From Octopus sinensis (taxonomy: Eukaryota): a stretch of DNA of 64,000 bases. Below, one piece after another: positions 34,612-45,875 of the stretch (positions are counted from its first letter, which is position 1; each line of letters opens with the position of its first letter). Below the pieces are notes generated by a model, which saw only the letters and a program-made list of their open reading frames with translations, did no database searches and was not told the DNA's origin. The stretch lies in NCBI RefSeq assembly GCF_006345805.1, contig NC_043010.1, positions 5,394,001-5,458,000 of the forward strand. The letters are read 5' to 3'. A program made the translations under genes and the position numbers.

Positions 34612-35028
34612 CTGGCTGTGTGGTAAGTAGCTTGCTAACCAACCACATGGTTCTGGGTTCAGTCCCACTGCGCGGCATCTTGGGCAAGTGTCTTCTGCTA
34701 TAGCCCCAGGCCGACCAATGCCTTGTGAGTGGATTTGGTAGACGGAAACTGAAAGAAGCCTGTCGTATATATATATATATATATATAAATATATGTATGT
34801 GTGTTTGTGTTTGTGTGTCTGTGTTTGTCCCCCTAGCATTGCTTGACAACCGATGCTGGTGTGTTTACATCCCCGTAACTTAGCGGTTCGGCAAAAAGAG
34901 ACCGATAGAATAAGTACTGGGCTTACAAAGAATAAGTCCTGGGGTCGATTTGCTCGACTAAAGGCGGTGCTCCAGCATGGCCGCAGTCAAATGACTGAAA
35001 CAAGTAAAAGAGTAAAGAGTAAAGAGTA
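34612..35028 (+). mobile_element. Family B SINE, full-length
   Basis: Near-consensus copy with an (AAAGAGT)n tail. Confidence 0.92.
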
Positions 35029-35471
35029 TTTCATTAATGCATTTTAAGTAATACCATCCACCCTGTTCACAGGCAGCCATGTTTATTGTACCTGTAGGTA
35101 CTGCAGATAAAGAAGCTGACGTTCACTGTTATAAAATAATATTTCTAGCAACAAATACAACACGACAGAAAAAGTATTCTGTAGCTTGTGACTCAGTGCA
35201 TGCAAGGGAACACAAATCAATACAGAAGCTTCTAATATTACTCAATCTTTTAGAAATAGTAACCAAATCTACCCCGAAAACTGTTTTATTCTTTTACTTG
35301 TTTCAGTAATTTTAGTTGAAAAAAATTGACCCAGGGACTTATTCTTTGTAAACCTGGTACTTATTCTAAGCAACTGTTGTCAAGTGACAGAGGGGTAGTG
35401 GTGGTCAAACACAGACACAAATACACAAATATATATACATATATACATACATATATATATATATATCTGAG

Positions 35472-35802
35472 CTGAGACCCCCTTTGGTCATGACTGACCA
35501 TGGAATTGCACCTAGAAAGTTACCCTCCTAGTCACAAGTCTGGGCAAGATTGTTTATGGAAGACCAGCAGTCGCCCATGCATACCGGCCTCCCCTCTCCA
35601 CGTCACCAGTGTTATCCAAGGGAAAGGAAAATGCAGATACAACTTGGCACCAGTGACGTCGCAACTCATTTCTACAGCTGAGTGAACTGGAGCAATGTGA
35701 AATAAAGTGTCTTGCTCAAGAACACAACACGCAGCCCGGTCCATGATTCGAACTCACAACCTCACGATCGTAAGCTCGATGCTCTAACCACTGAGCCATG
35801 CG
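35472..35802 (-). mobile_element. tRNA-headed CORE-like SINE
   Basis: Minus strand CGCATGGCTCAGTGGTTAGAGCATCG..GAGTTCGAATC, then TTCTTGAGCAAGACACTTTATTTCAC..CTCAGCTGTAGAAATGAG and a distinct 3' body. Confidence 0.82.
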
Positions 35803-35827
35803 ATATATATAAATATATATATATCCT

Positions 35828-36000
35828 CATCATCCTCATCATCATCACCATCATTGTTTAACATCCGTTTCCATGCTGGCATGAGTTGGACAGTTTGACT
35901 GAGGACTGACAAGCCAGAAGGCTGTACTGAGCTCCAATCTGATCTGGCAAGGTTTCTACAACTGGACGCCCTTCATGATGCCAACCACTCCAAGAGGGCC
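35828..36000 (-). mobile_element. RTE-type LINE 3' end, short
   Basis: (CAT)n then GTTTAACATCCGTTTCCATGCTGGCATGAGTTGG..GCCAACCACTCC. Confidence 0.8.
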
Positions 36001-36365
36001 AGTCAGGCAGTACTAGCACAGGAGCTGAGGCTATAGTAGAAGACATTTTTCCAAGGTGCCATGCAGTGGGACCGAACCCAGAACCATGTAGATGAGAAAC
36101 AAGAAAGAGGTGGGAGGTCTTCATCTGAAATACCTTTCATCGTAAAAATGCTCAATTAAATGGTTCAGTAAAATGCTGCGAGTAATGAAAATGGTGCTTA
36201 ATTTATCTATATTTCTACAATTTTGACCCTTTAGCATTTAAACTGACCATATCTGACCAAAATATTCTGGCCAGATCCAACATCTCACGCCTACCCTACA
36301 ATGTCATTTTAAAAATAAACAATTGTATCATCAAAATCTCAAAGCTACAAGTTACTCTCTCTCTT

Positions 36366-36735
36366 TTCTCTTTTACTTGTTTCAGTCATTTGACTTTGAC
36401 CATGCTGGAGCACCACCTTTAGTCAAGCAAATCAATCCCAGGACTTATTCTTTGTAAGCCCAGTACCTAATCCATCGGTCCCTTTTGCCGAACCACTAAG
36501 TTACGGGGACGTAATCACACCAGCATCGGTTGTCAAGCGATGTTGGGTGGACAAACACAGACACACAAACACAGACACATATATATATACATACACATAT
36601 ATACGACAGGCTTCTTTCAGTTTCCGTTTACAAAATCCACTTACAAGGCTTTGGTCGGCTCGAGGTTATAGTAGAAGACACTTGCCCAAAATGCCATGCA
36701 GTGGGACTGAACCCGGAACCATGTGGTTGGTAAGT
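36366..36735 (-). mobile_element. Family B SINE (head truncated)
   Basis: rc tail, 3' domain, microsatellite and CORE-like part. Abuts a mariner-derived element. Confidence 0.88.
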
Positions 36736-36736
36736 T

Positions 36737-36886
36737 AATTGTGATTTTATTCAACACTTATTCACATACTTATTGCAGTGGTCCTTCAGTTTTTCTAGGC
36801 CCTGTGAAAGAAATCGGAAGGTTGGGCCTTGAGCCAGGCCTTTCGTGATACCTTTAAAACCAGAAACTTTTCAGCACCCTCTTGTA
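36737..36886 (-). mobile_element. Mariner-derived non-autonomous element (one TIR plus transposase C-terminal remnant)
   Basis: Minus strand TA|CAAGAGGGTGCTGAAAAGTTTCTGG (mariner-like TIR) and SQGLEKLKDHCNKYVN, resembling the GIEKL..RW.KCV end of mariner transposases. Confidence 0.7.
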
Positions 36887-37360
36887 GATGTGGATAAGAG
36901 AATGTTCAGAGACAGTGCCATTGTATTACAAGAGAATAGGAATCCGTTCTTTCTGCACAAACACATATAAGGGGACAAGTTAAGCAATTGTGAATGCATA
37001 TTTTTAAATTTAATTTGTTCTATGAATGAAAATTATATTTAATTTTAAAATATATGTATTTCTCATCTTACCCAGAGATATCAAATAAGCTTCATAACTT
37101 CATTTTTTGTTGGGTTTTTTTTGTGCATTTTTCTATTATTTTTATTTCTTTTTCATTATACTGTTGTCACTTCTGGTTTTTTCACTTTTATTTCTTTCAT
37201 GTTTTATTATTTTCACTGTTTCTTTTTTTTTTTGCGTCTTATAATAAAATTTAACCTGGAATTTGGAAATCATTCATTCCTGGCAAAAAAAAAAAAAAGA
37301 AAAAAATTCTTGCTACAAAATTACTTCGTGAATTCTGTTTCTCAGCAATGTCCTTCACCA

Positions 37361-37387
37361 CCACACCAACAACAATAACAACAACAC

Positions 37388-37426
<39 letters not shown>

Positions 37427-37589
37427 CATCATCATCATCGCCACCACCACCACCACCACACCAAGAACAATAACAACAACACCATCGTCATCGTCGTCAT
37501 CATCATCATCATCATCCTCATCATCATCATCACCACCACCACCACCGCCACCACCACCACCACCAACAACGATAACAACAACACCATCG

Positions 37590-37621
<32 letters not shown>

Positions 37622-37780
37622 GTCATCCTCATCATCATCACCACCACCACCACCACCACACCAAGAACAATAACAACAACACCATCGTCATCATCGTCAT
37701 CATCATCATCATCATCCTCATCATCATCATCATCATCATCACCACCACCACCACCGCCACCACCACCACCGCCACACCCA
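37361..37780. repeat. Higher-order array of compound CAA/CAT/CAC repeats (~100-bp units)
   Basis: The CACCAA(G)AACAATAACAACAACACCATC motif recurs about four times, each followed by (CAT)n and (CAC)n. Confidence 0.85.
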
Positions 37781-38180
37781 TCATTATTTAATACCCATTT
37801 TTCCATGCTTGCATGGGTCAGACAGAATTTGTTTAGGCAAATTTCCTACAACCAGATTCCCTTTTTGTTGCTAAACTTTCAATGATTTCAAGAAAAATAA
37901 TATTTTTTCATGGCTGGACATGTTTTACACAGAAGGCTGGAAGAGAACAGCCTCACATGTAGACAATTATACTCATTTACAATCATCATGTGATATCTAG
38001 ACGAGATTACACCCCCCCCACACACACACTTGCATGCACACACACAAAAATACACACATGCACAAATATATGTGATGGACTTCTTTCAGTTTCCATCTAC
38101 CAAATCCATTAGGAAGGCTTTGGTTAGCCTGAGGCAAATTTAAAAATATATGTATTTGTCATTTGACATAGAGATAACGT

Positions 38181-38487
38181 AACAAACACCATCCGAGCGT
38201 GGCCGTTCGCCAGCCTCGTCTGGCACCTGTGTCGGTGGCACATAAAAAGCACCATCCGATCGTGGCCATTTGCCAGCTTCATCTGGCACCTGTGTCGGTG
38301 GCACATAAAAAGCACCCACTACACTCACGTAGTGGTTGGCGTTAGGAAGGGCATCCAGCCGTAGAAACACTGCCAGATCTGACTGGCTTGGTGCAGCCTT
38401 CGGGCTTCCCAGACCCCAGTTGAACCGTCCAACCCATGCTAGCATGGAAAACGGACGTTAAACGATGATGATGATGATGATGATGAT
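38181..38487 (+). mobile_element. RTE-type LINE 3' end
   Basis: Two internal repeat units, conserved UTR and a (GAT)n tail. Confidence 0.88.
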
Positions 38488-38714
38488 ATCAAATTAGTTT
38501 CATATCTTCATATCTTTGTCGCTGCAACGTAGCAGGAAAGCAAACCTCGTAATCACACAGCTATGCTTGCACTTATTGTGCTACACTAGCACAAAATCTC
38601 ATTCATAACTGGATTCAGGATTATCCTGAACGTACCAGAAGAAACAGGCCATTCACTACTGCACATTCTTTAGAGAGAAAGCAGGACATCCATCTTCCAC
38701 TCTGTAATACAAGA

Positions 38715-38950
38715 GAGGGGCGGTGAGCTGGCAGAAACGTTAGCATGCCGGGTGAAACGCGTAGCCGTATTTCGTCTGTTGTTACGTTCTAAGTTCAAAT
38801 TCCGCCGAGGTCGACTTTGCCTTTCATCCTATCGGGGTCGATAAATAAAGTACCAGTTACGCACTGGGGTCGATGTAATCGACTTAATCCCTTTGTCTGT
38901 CTTTGTTTGTCCCCTCTATGTTTAGTCCCTTGTGGGCAGTAAAGAAATAT
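38715..38950 (+). mobile_element. Family A SINE (A1 tail), young
   Basis: Full-length, with TSD TAATACAAGAGAG on both sides. Confidence 0.92.
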
Positions 38951-39342
38951 AATACAAGAGAGACAGAGAGGGATTGTGTAGAGTACAGTAGCTTGACAAA
39001 GAAATTCTTCTTATTTTATCTTCTTTTACATGTCTCTGCCGTTGGATTGCACCCATGCTGCATCCATTCCTTGAAAGGTTTTAGTTGAACAGATCAACAT
39101 CAGTACTTATTCCTTAAATCTGGTAGTTACTTATTTGGTCTCTTTTGCTGAGCCACTAAGTTATGAAGATGTAAGTAATCCTACACTAGTTGTCAAATGG
39201 AAGTGGGTGAGAACAAACATAAAATCAAAGACACACAAATACATATAGACATAAATACATATATATACATATATATACATATATATACATATATAAATAA
39301 GTATATATATATATATATATTATATATATATATATATATATA

Positions 39343-39463
39343 AGGCTTGCTCGCTTAGCCAGCGGGGTGACGTCATTTAAAGGCTAAAACAATGCGAAAC
39401 GCATTGTGACCAGCGATGTGTAGCAACATCTGATAGCCTGGTCGGTCACGGTGATCACGATGA
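39343..39463. mobile_element. Structured ~120-bp repeat fragment embedded in (TA)n
   Basis: GC-richer insert with stems TTAGCC/GGCTAA, AATGCG/CGCATT and GTGACC/GGTCAC, flanked by TA on both sides. It lies inside a split family B SINE. Confidence 0.6.
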
Positions 39464-39545
39464 TATATATATATATATAAATAAATATACACACACACAT
39501 ACACATACACCCTCACATATACATATACATACACACACACATGTA

Positions 39546-39589
<44 letters not shown>

Positions 39590-40487
39590 TACAGGCTTCC
39601 ATGCAGTTTTCATCCACCAGATTCACTCACAAGACTATTGGTCAGCTCAGAGTTATACTTGCCCAAGGTGACATGTAGTGGGACTGAACCCAAAACCACA
39701 TGGTTACAAAGTGAGCTTCTTAATCACACAGCTATGCTTGTGTCAATGTATGGTTTTTTGAAAGTTGTCATGTTGGAGTGCAATACTTGCTTAAGAGTTA
39801 ATGATTTAATTTTTCATTTCAAAATAGACTTCTGAAAACTTTTCTTGATTATTATATAAAACTATATATAAAATTCACAAATTAGATTATTTTATGCCGA
39901 ACATTATCAAGGGAAGATATATTTTGCAATTAAGTAAGAACATGCAATTTGTATTTTCTCATAAAAAAAAATATGTTCAGCATGCAATTCACGTGCCATA
40001 GACTTGCCATAGACATGCAATGTTATTAACAAATAAAATTATGTGTGTCACACAAACAATGACCTCAATGAATTCATATAGCATCAGATTCTCAACAATA
40101 ATGTTTAGATCAATTTATATCTCTTTGGTATTTTTTTTAAACAGACTACATCTTAGTTATACATATATCAATCATTATACTGCCTCTTTTTGCAAACTGC
40201 TAAGTTACAGGAATGTAAGACATTGTCAAGCAGTGGTGGAGGACAAACACACACACACACACACACACATGAATGACAGGCTTCTTTCAGTTTCCATTTA
40301 GCAAATCTACTCATAAGGCTTTGGTCAGCCCAAAGCTATAACAGAAGACACTTGCCCAAAGTGCCCCACAGTGGAACCAAGTGGTTGGGAAGCAAATTCC
40401 TTACCACATAGACATGCCTGTGTCTACGTGCAGGAAGAATTAAAAGTTGATGAATATAATTTTTTACCTCACTGCATATTTATTTCT

Positions 40488-40940
40488 TATTTCTTTATTG
40501 CCCACAAGGGGCTAAACATAGAGGGGACAAACAAGGACAGACAAAGGGATTAAGTCGATTACATCGACCCCAGTGCATAACTGGTACTTAATTTAGCACG
40601 CCAGGCGAAATGCGTAGCTGTATTTCATCTGCTGTTACGTTCTAAGTTCAAATTCCGCCAAGGTCGACTTTGCCTTTCATCCTTTTGGGGCCGATAAATT
40701 AAGCACCAGTTATGCACTGGGGTCGATGTAATCGACTTAATCCCTTTGTCTGTCGTTGTTTGTACCTTCTGTGTTTAGCCCCCTGTGGGTGGTAAAGAAA
40801 TAGGTATTTAATTTATCAACCCCAAAAGGATGAAAGACAAAGTCGCCCTCGGCGGAATTTGAACTCAGAACGTAAAGACAGATGAATTACTGCTAAGCAT
40901 TTCACCCGGCATGCTAACAATTCTGCCAGCTCACCACCTT
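40488..40940 (-). mobile_element. Family A SINE containing an antisense 5'-truncated family A copy (40595-40802)
   Basis: TSD GGTACTTAATTT (40583-40594) / GGTATTTAATTT (40803-40814). Confidence 0.88.
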
Positions 40941-40976
40941 GATATCTATTTCTAGTTTATCCACACTCTATACTTA

Positions 40977-41156
40977 CCATATTTTAACGCGTATAAGGAA
41001 ATCTTGTGTATAAAGAACTCTCTAATTTTGGGGGGCTTAAAATTTGGGAAAAAGGTTTTGTAAGGGATTATAATACTATCCATATATAAGAAACTCCTAT
41101 ATTTTTTTAGCCTAATTTTTGACAAAAATGGGTTCTTTATATACATTAAAATATGG
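40977..41156. mobile_element. Tc1/mariner/pogo-like MITE
   Basis: TIRs CCATATTTTAACGCGTATAAG / rc CCATATTTTAATGTATATAAAG, preceded by TA. Confidence 0.7.
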
Positions 41157-41185
41157 CATTTCTAGTTTATCCCTACTGCATATCT

Positions 41186-41580
41186 CTTTTCTCTTTTTAC
41201 TTGTTTCAGTCATTTGACTGCGGCCATGCTGGAGCACCGCCTTTAATCGAGCAACTTGACCCCGGGACTTATTCTTTGTAAGCCCAGTACTTATTCTGTC
41301 GGTCTCTTTTGCCGAACCGCTAAGTAACGGGGACATAAACACACCAGCATCGGTTGTCAAGCAATGCTAGTGGGACAAACACAGACACACAAACACACAC
41401 ACACATACATATATACGACGGGCTTCTTTCAGTTTCCGTCTACCAAATCCACTCACAAGGCTTTGGTTGGCCCGAGGCTATAGTAGAAGACACTTGCCCA
41501 GGGTGCCACACAGTGGGACTGAACCCGGAACCATGTGATTGGTAAACAAGCTACTTACCACACAGCCACTCCTGCGCCTA
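41186..41580 (-). mobile_element. Family B SINE, full-length
   Basis: Near-consensus rc copy. Confidence 0.92.
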
Positions 41581-42524
41581 TATATATACATTTCTAGTTC
41601 TTCTACATTTATTTGTAGCTTCACTCATTGAACAATGCTGTAGAGGACTGAGACATTGGGTTGCATATTACTGAAACACTGTGTTCATATCACTGTGACA
41701 GTGTTTCAGTCTTTTCCTAGCAACGATATCTAATTTTTGATGTCTTATGCATTAATTATGTTAACACTCTCCTACCTAAAGATAGGCAATTCTGACATGC
41801 TATTTCAGTTGGTCAGTTGTGAGTGTTATTGTAATTGAGGGATTGTCTACTTCCTAGAGACCCAGTATCCTTTTCTATAAGGTAGCAATTTACTATTGCA
41901 GTATTGAGGTGGAGAATCTCGGTTAAAAGCCAATAGAAGGAGATAGGAAATGAATTGAAATGTTTGGTAGAATGGGAAAATGTAAAACTTCATTAGATGT
42001 AGCGTCAGAATAATTTATACATTGCTACAGTGAGCAAACAATGAAATAATTCTCTTCAACAATTCTGTGAAAATATGCCTTGCCAAAGTTAGGGAGGAAA
42101 AAATGTCCATTAAGTACAATTAAATACTAAAATTTGATGACACAAATAATCAATATTGTGTCATAAGTAGATAGGAGTAAACACAATGATAATTTGCCAT
42201 CATTAAACTAGATGTTTATAACTTTCATTACATTTGCACAATGAAAAAGAGGAAAAATAAAAGAAAATTTGATGATTGCCATAATGTATTCACCTGATCT
42301 GAAATAAAGCTGAGTGAAATCTAAGTAATTTCCTTCCTAGCAATGAAGCTCCCATTTGTTAATAGCGTGCACACTTTCACTAAAAATGGCTGTCTTCATG
42401 AATAACTATGACAGTAGATTGAAGTGAGGCTGGTGAAAGGAAGGGGGACATTTCACAACATTACCAATTATAAATCTGTCTCTTTCACACACTCTCTCGC
42501 TCTCTCTCTTTTTCTTTTTCTCAG

Positions 42525-42569
42525 CACTTATCAGTCATTATGAATAATTCAAGGAAGTATGTTAGGATG
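42525..42569 (+). CDS. Candidate 45-nt exon (HLSVIMNNSRKYVRM)
   Basis: Strong acceptor TTTTTCTTTTTCTCAG, donor ATG|GTAAGT, phase 0-0 and open. Internal alternative donor GTATGT 13 nt upstream. Confidence 0.48.
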
Positions 42570-44166
42570 GTAAGTAACTATTAGCTCTTACAGTTTCATT
42601 GCTAAAACATTGAACAAATATTCTTGTCATTTATAGTTATATTTGCTGATCAATTCAGCATCCTTTATTTTTGGAAGTGATTAATCAGAAATTGGCAACT
42701 AAAGATTTTTCTCATACAATGTATTTGTATTAATAAATAGGTGCATATATACATATATTATACATACACATACACCCAATACACACACATACACACACAC
42801 ACATGCATACATAAATATTTACAAAATACTTACATTTATACATACATATGTGTGTATGCATATGTATGTATATGTATGTGTGTCTGAGTATATGTGTATG
42901 CATACATATATGTGTGTGTATGTGTATGTGTGTATATGCATATATTATATATATATATACACACACGCACACATAAACATATATACACATATATACAAAG
43001 AGAAGCTTGTATATATGTGTGTATTTATACTTGCATACAAACATACACATGCATGCATAAATAATGTTTATGTGTTCAATACGTAGTTAGTCTCTAATAG
43101 AAAGCTCTGAAACATCAACAAACTATTTCTCTTAGCACAAAGAATAATATATAAAGTTGTCATTTACCGATATTTCAAGCCCTTTCTCTCCTTGTCGTTT
43201 TTTTTTTTTTGCAAATCTATACATCAATGTTTAAATTGTTTTGGCAATCAATGGCTATGATGCCTTTCAAGTTTAGAAATTCTCTGTTCCCAATTCTTTT
43301 CAAAGGGCCCTAGATTAAACCCACAATGGCAATCAAGACGATTAGAAGAATTATTTTGCTTCATATTATTTTAGTTGTTGGTTTCAAGAGATTTCCGGTT
43401 GGTTATTTTGTTTATTTATTTATTATTTTCTATTATAGAATTGAATGAATCACAATACTTCTAAATTACTGAACTGCAATTAAATACTTTAAGAATTAAT
43501 TATTAATATTTTGAATTTCAGAAACAAATTCTTTCATTTTTTTTTTTTTTAATATATGTGCATGATTTCATTGTCTCTTTATTTATTTGTTTATTTGTCT
43601 GTTTGTTTCTGTTTTATAATGTCAGAATTAAATGGTACTCTAATATTCCATAGTTACACTCAAGTGAATTAACAATAAAACAATTGTTGAGAATCAGCAG
43701 AGCATCAGAGAAAATAGAGCATAGTTTTTTTAATTACATTTCTTTACATTCTATGTTCAAATCTTGACCAAGCTGACTTTGATTCTGGTTTTTCTAAAGA
43801 AGATGAAAATAAGAACCTGTCTATTGACATTAGTGGTGCTATTAACTGACAAAAGAATTTAATGCAGTGCTCCAGCATGGCCAGAATTCAGTAACTTATG
43901 CTACTTAAGAAACAAAAAGGAAATAAAAATTATATTTTGCTGTGGGTTTATTAAATCTACAAATTTGTACACAGTTATGTGAAATATGGAAACAAACATT
44001 TTCTTCAAGATGTGTGTTGATACTCACTATTGGCTTATTTTAATGTTTGTTTCATGTATTATTTCTACCTGTTATATAATGGTATGCAACATTTCTGTAG
44101 TAAACCAAGAGAGATTTCAAAACCTCACAGCTAAAGCATAAAGAAAACTAATTTTCTAAGAGACTA

Positions 44167-44590
44167 GCGAAGTCAATTTCACAAGGATGTGTAAAGTCAA
44201 TTTAACAAGAATGAATGAAGTCAATTTGACAAGAATAGATAAAATCTATTTGTTAAAAGATTAGGTAAAGTCAATTCGTCAAAGATGAGTAAAATCATTT
44301 TGACAGGGATGGATAAAGTCAATTTGACAAGGATAGGTAAAAATCAACTTCCTAAAAGATAGGTGAAGTCAGTTTATCAAGGATGGCTGGAGACAACTCA
44401 ATAAGGTGTGGGTAACATTGATTTATCAACAGAAAGGTAAAGTCAATTTGGTCAAAGATGGATAACATCAGTTTACCCACAGACGGATAAAGATGATTTT
44501 CTTAAGGGATAGTCAAAACAACTTTGACAAGGATGAATATAATCAGTTTGCTAAGAGATGAACAAGGTCAACTGAACCAACGACAGGTAT
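44167..44590. repeat. Degenerate ~24-bp minisatellite (consensus approx. AAAGTCAATTTGACAAGGATGGAT)
   Basis: Roughly 17 diverged units are visible. Confidence 0.8.
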
Positions 44591-44613
44591 AACTGGTACT
44601 TACTTATTTTACA

Positions 44614-45127
44614 CTAGCAGTATCGCCCGGTGTTGCTCGGGTATGTAAGGGAAATAACTATATAAGCATTTTTAGAGAGTTACTTCCCTTGTAGATGCGA
44701 ATTCGGGCTTTCTTAGCCATTTCTGTTTTGGTGTCTTCAAGCCATGAAGTCGTTGTTCTAAAAGAACGCTGGTCTCCTTGACAACGCTTTACGACGTTGA
44801 TTTCCTTACACTCCCTTCCCCACAGCTTCACGAGGGAGGGAAGAATGGGAGAAGCAACACAGGTGCAGATGTGACCATGGACGCCAACTCCGCCGCCATT
44901 GAGACACGAAAAAATATGCATTAAAATGGAATAAAAAATGATGTTAAATTATTTTTAAAAATTGTAGACTCATCGTAGACACGCGCTAATAGCCAGACGG
45001 GCTCGATATGAATCACAACTATAAGATACCCGAATTTGGTTAAACTGCACCGCAAAATGTGGGAGTAGTTAGGAATCTAAATCGAAGGGGACAGACACTC
45101 ACACAACTACAGTTTTATATATATAGA
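44614..45127 (-). mobile_element. Non-autonomous Helitron
   Basis: Minus strand A|TCTATATATATAAAAC ... CCCG-AGCAACAC-CGGG hairpin .. CTAG|T. Inserted between A and T with no TSD. Confidence 0.82.
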
Positions 45128-45232
45128 TATTCTGGGTAATTTTGAGATGTAAGGTCAAGCCAATGGAATTTGAGTGACTAGAGGTTGAGATTAGACTAAA
45201 TTCTTTTAGACATTTAGTTCAGTAGTACTCAG

Positions 45233-45337
45233 CAATTTCTCACCTCTCAATTACCATTGAATTTCTTAATAAGAACTGCCAGGCTATATACTGGTAATGA
45301 CAGCTATTTCATTTTCAACAAGATGCAAAAAGACATG
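45233..45337 (+). CDS. Candidate exon, 105 nt (QFLTSQLPLNFLIRTARLYTGNDSYFIFNKMQKDM), or 15-nt microexon 45323-45337 (MQKDM)
   Basis: Donor ATG|GTAAGC. In-frame acceptors at 45232 (CAG) and 45322 (AAG after a pyrimidine tract). Phase 0-0, compatible with 42525-42569. Confidence 0.35.
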
Positions 45338-45875
45338 GTAAGCTTCACAGAATAGTGCTTACAACAGAGAACATGGCCATATAGGAATATTCTACTTGTC
45401 TTAAGGCTTTCAAATCAATATTCCATAGCAAAACAAAGGAAACCCTTCACACACTAATGAAGAAGTTTCTGCTAGAGCCAGTGAGGGAGCCTCTGCATAG
45501 ATCATCAACTTACTGTCTTAAAAAAGGAATTCATGGAATATAGGGATCTCAGGCACCCTAATATGGGAATAAGATGGGAATTGTTATGGCTGAATTGGCT
45601 CTGATAGGTCTGCTCAATAAATTTTGAACTGGGGTTAAAACAACAATATCAACAACAACTATGTACACAAGCTATCACCTTTTTATCTAATGTGATGCAA
45701 TTTAGAAATATCCCTAATTAGATTCAGAGTTGAAATCTAATCAGGAGTGACTTAGCTTTCTATTTATCTAAGCTTGATATTATAATTATGCATAATGCAC
45801 TTGTGTTGATTAGAAAAAAAACTAGTCTTATTATTGTTGTTGTTGTTGGTGTTGTTACTGCTGCTGCTGCTGTCG

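Noticed and set aside
39343-39463. Hammerhead ribozyme in the three-hairpin element
   Set aside because: CTGATAG does not match CUGANGA and there is no correctly placed NUH cleavage site.
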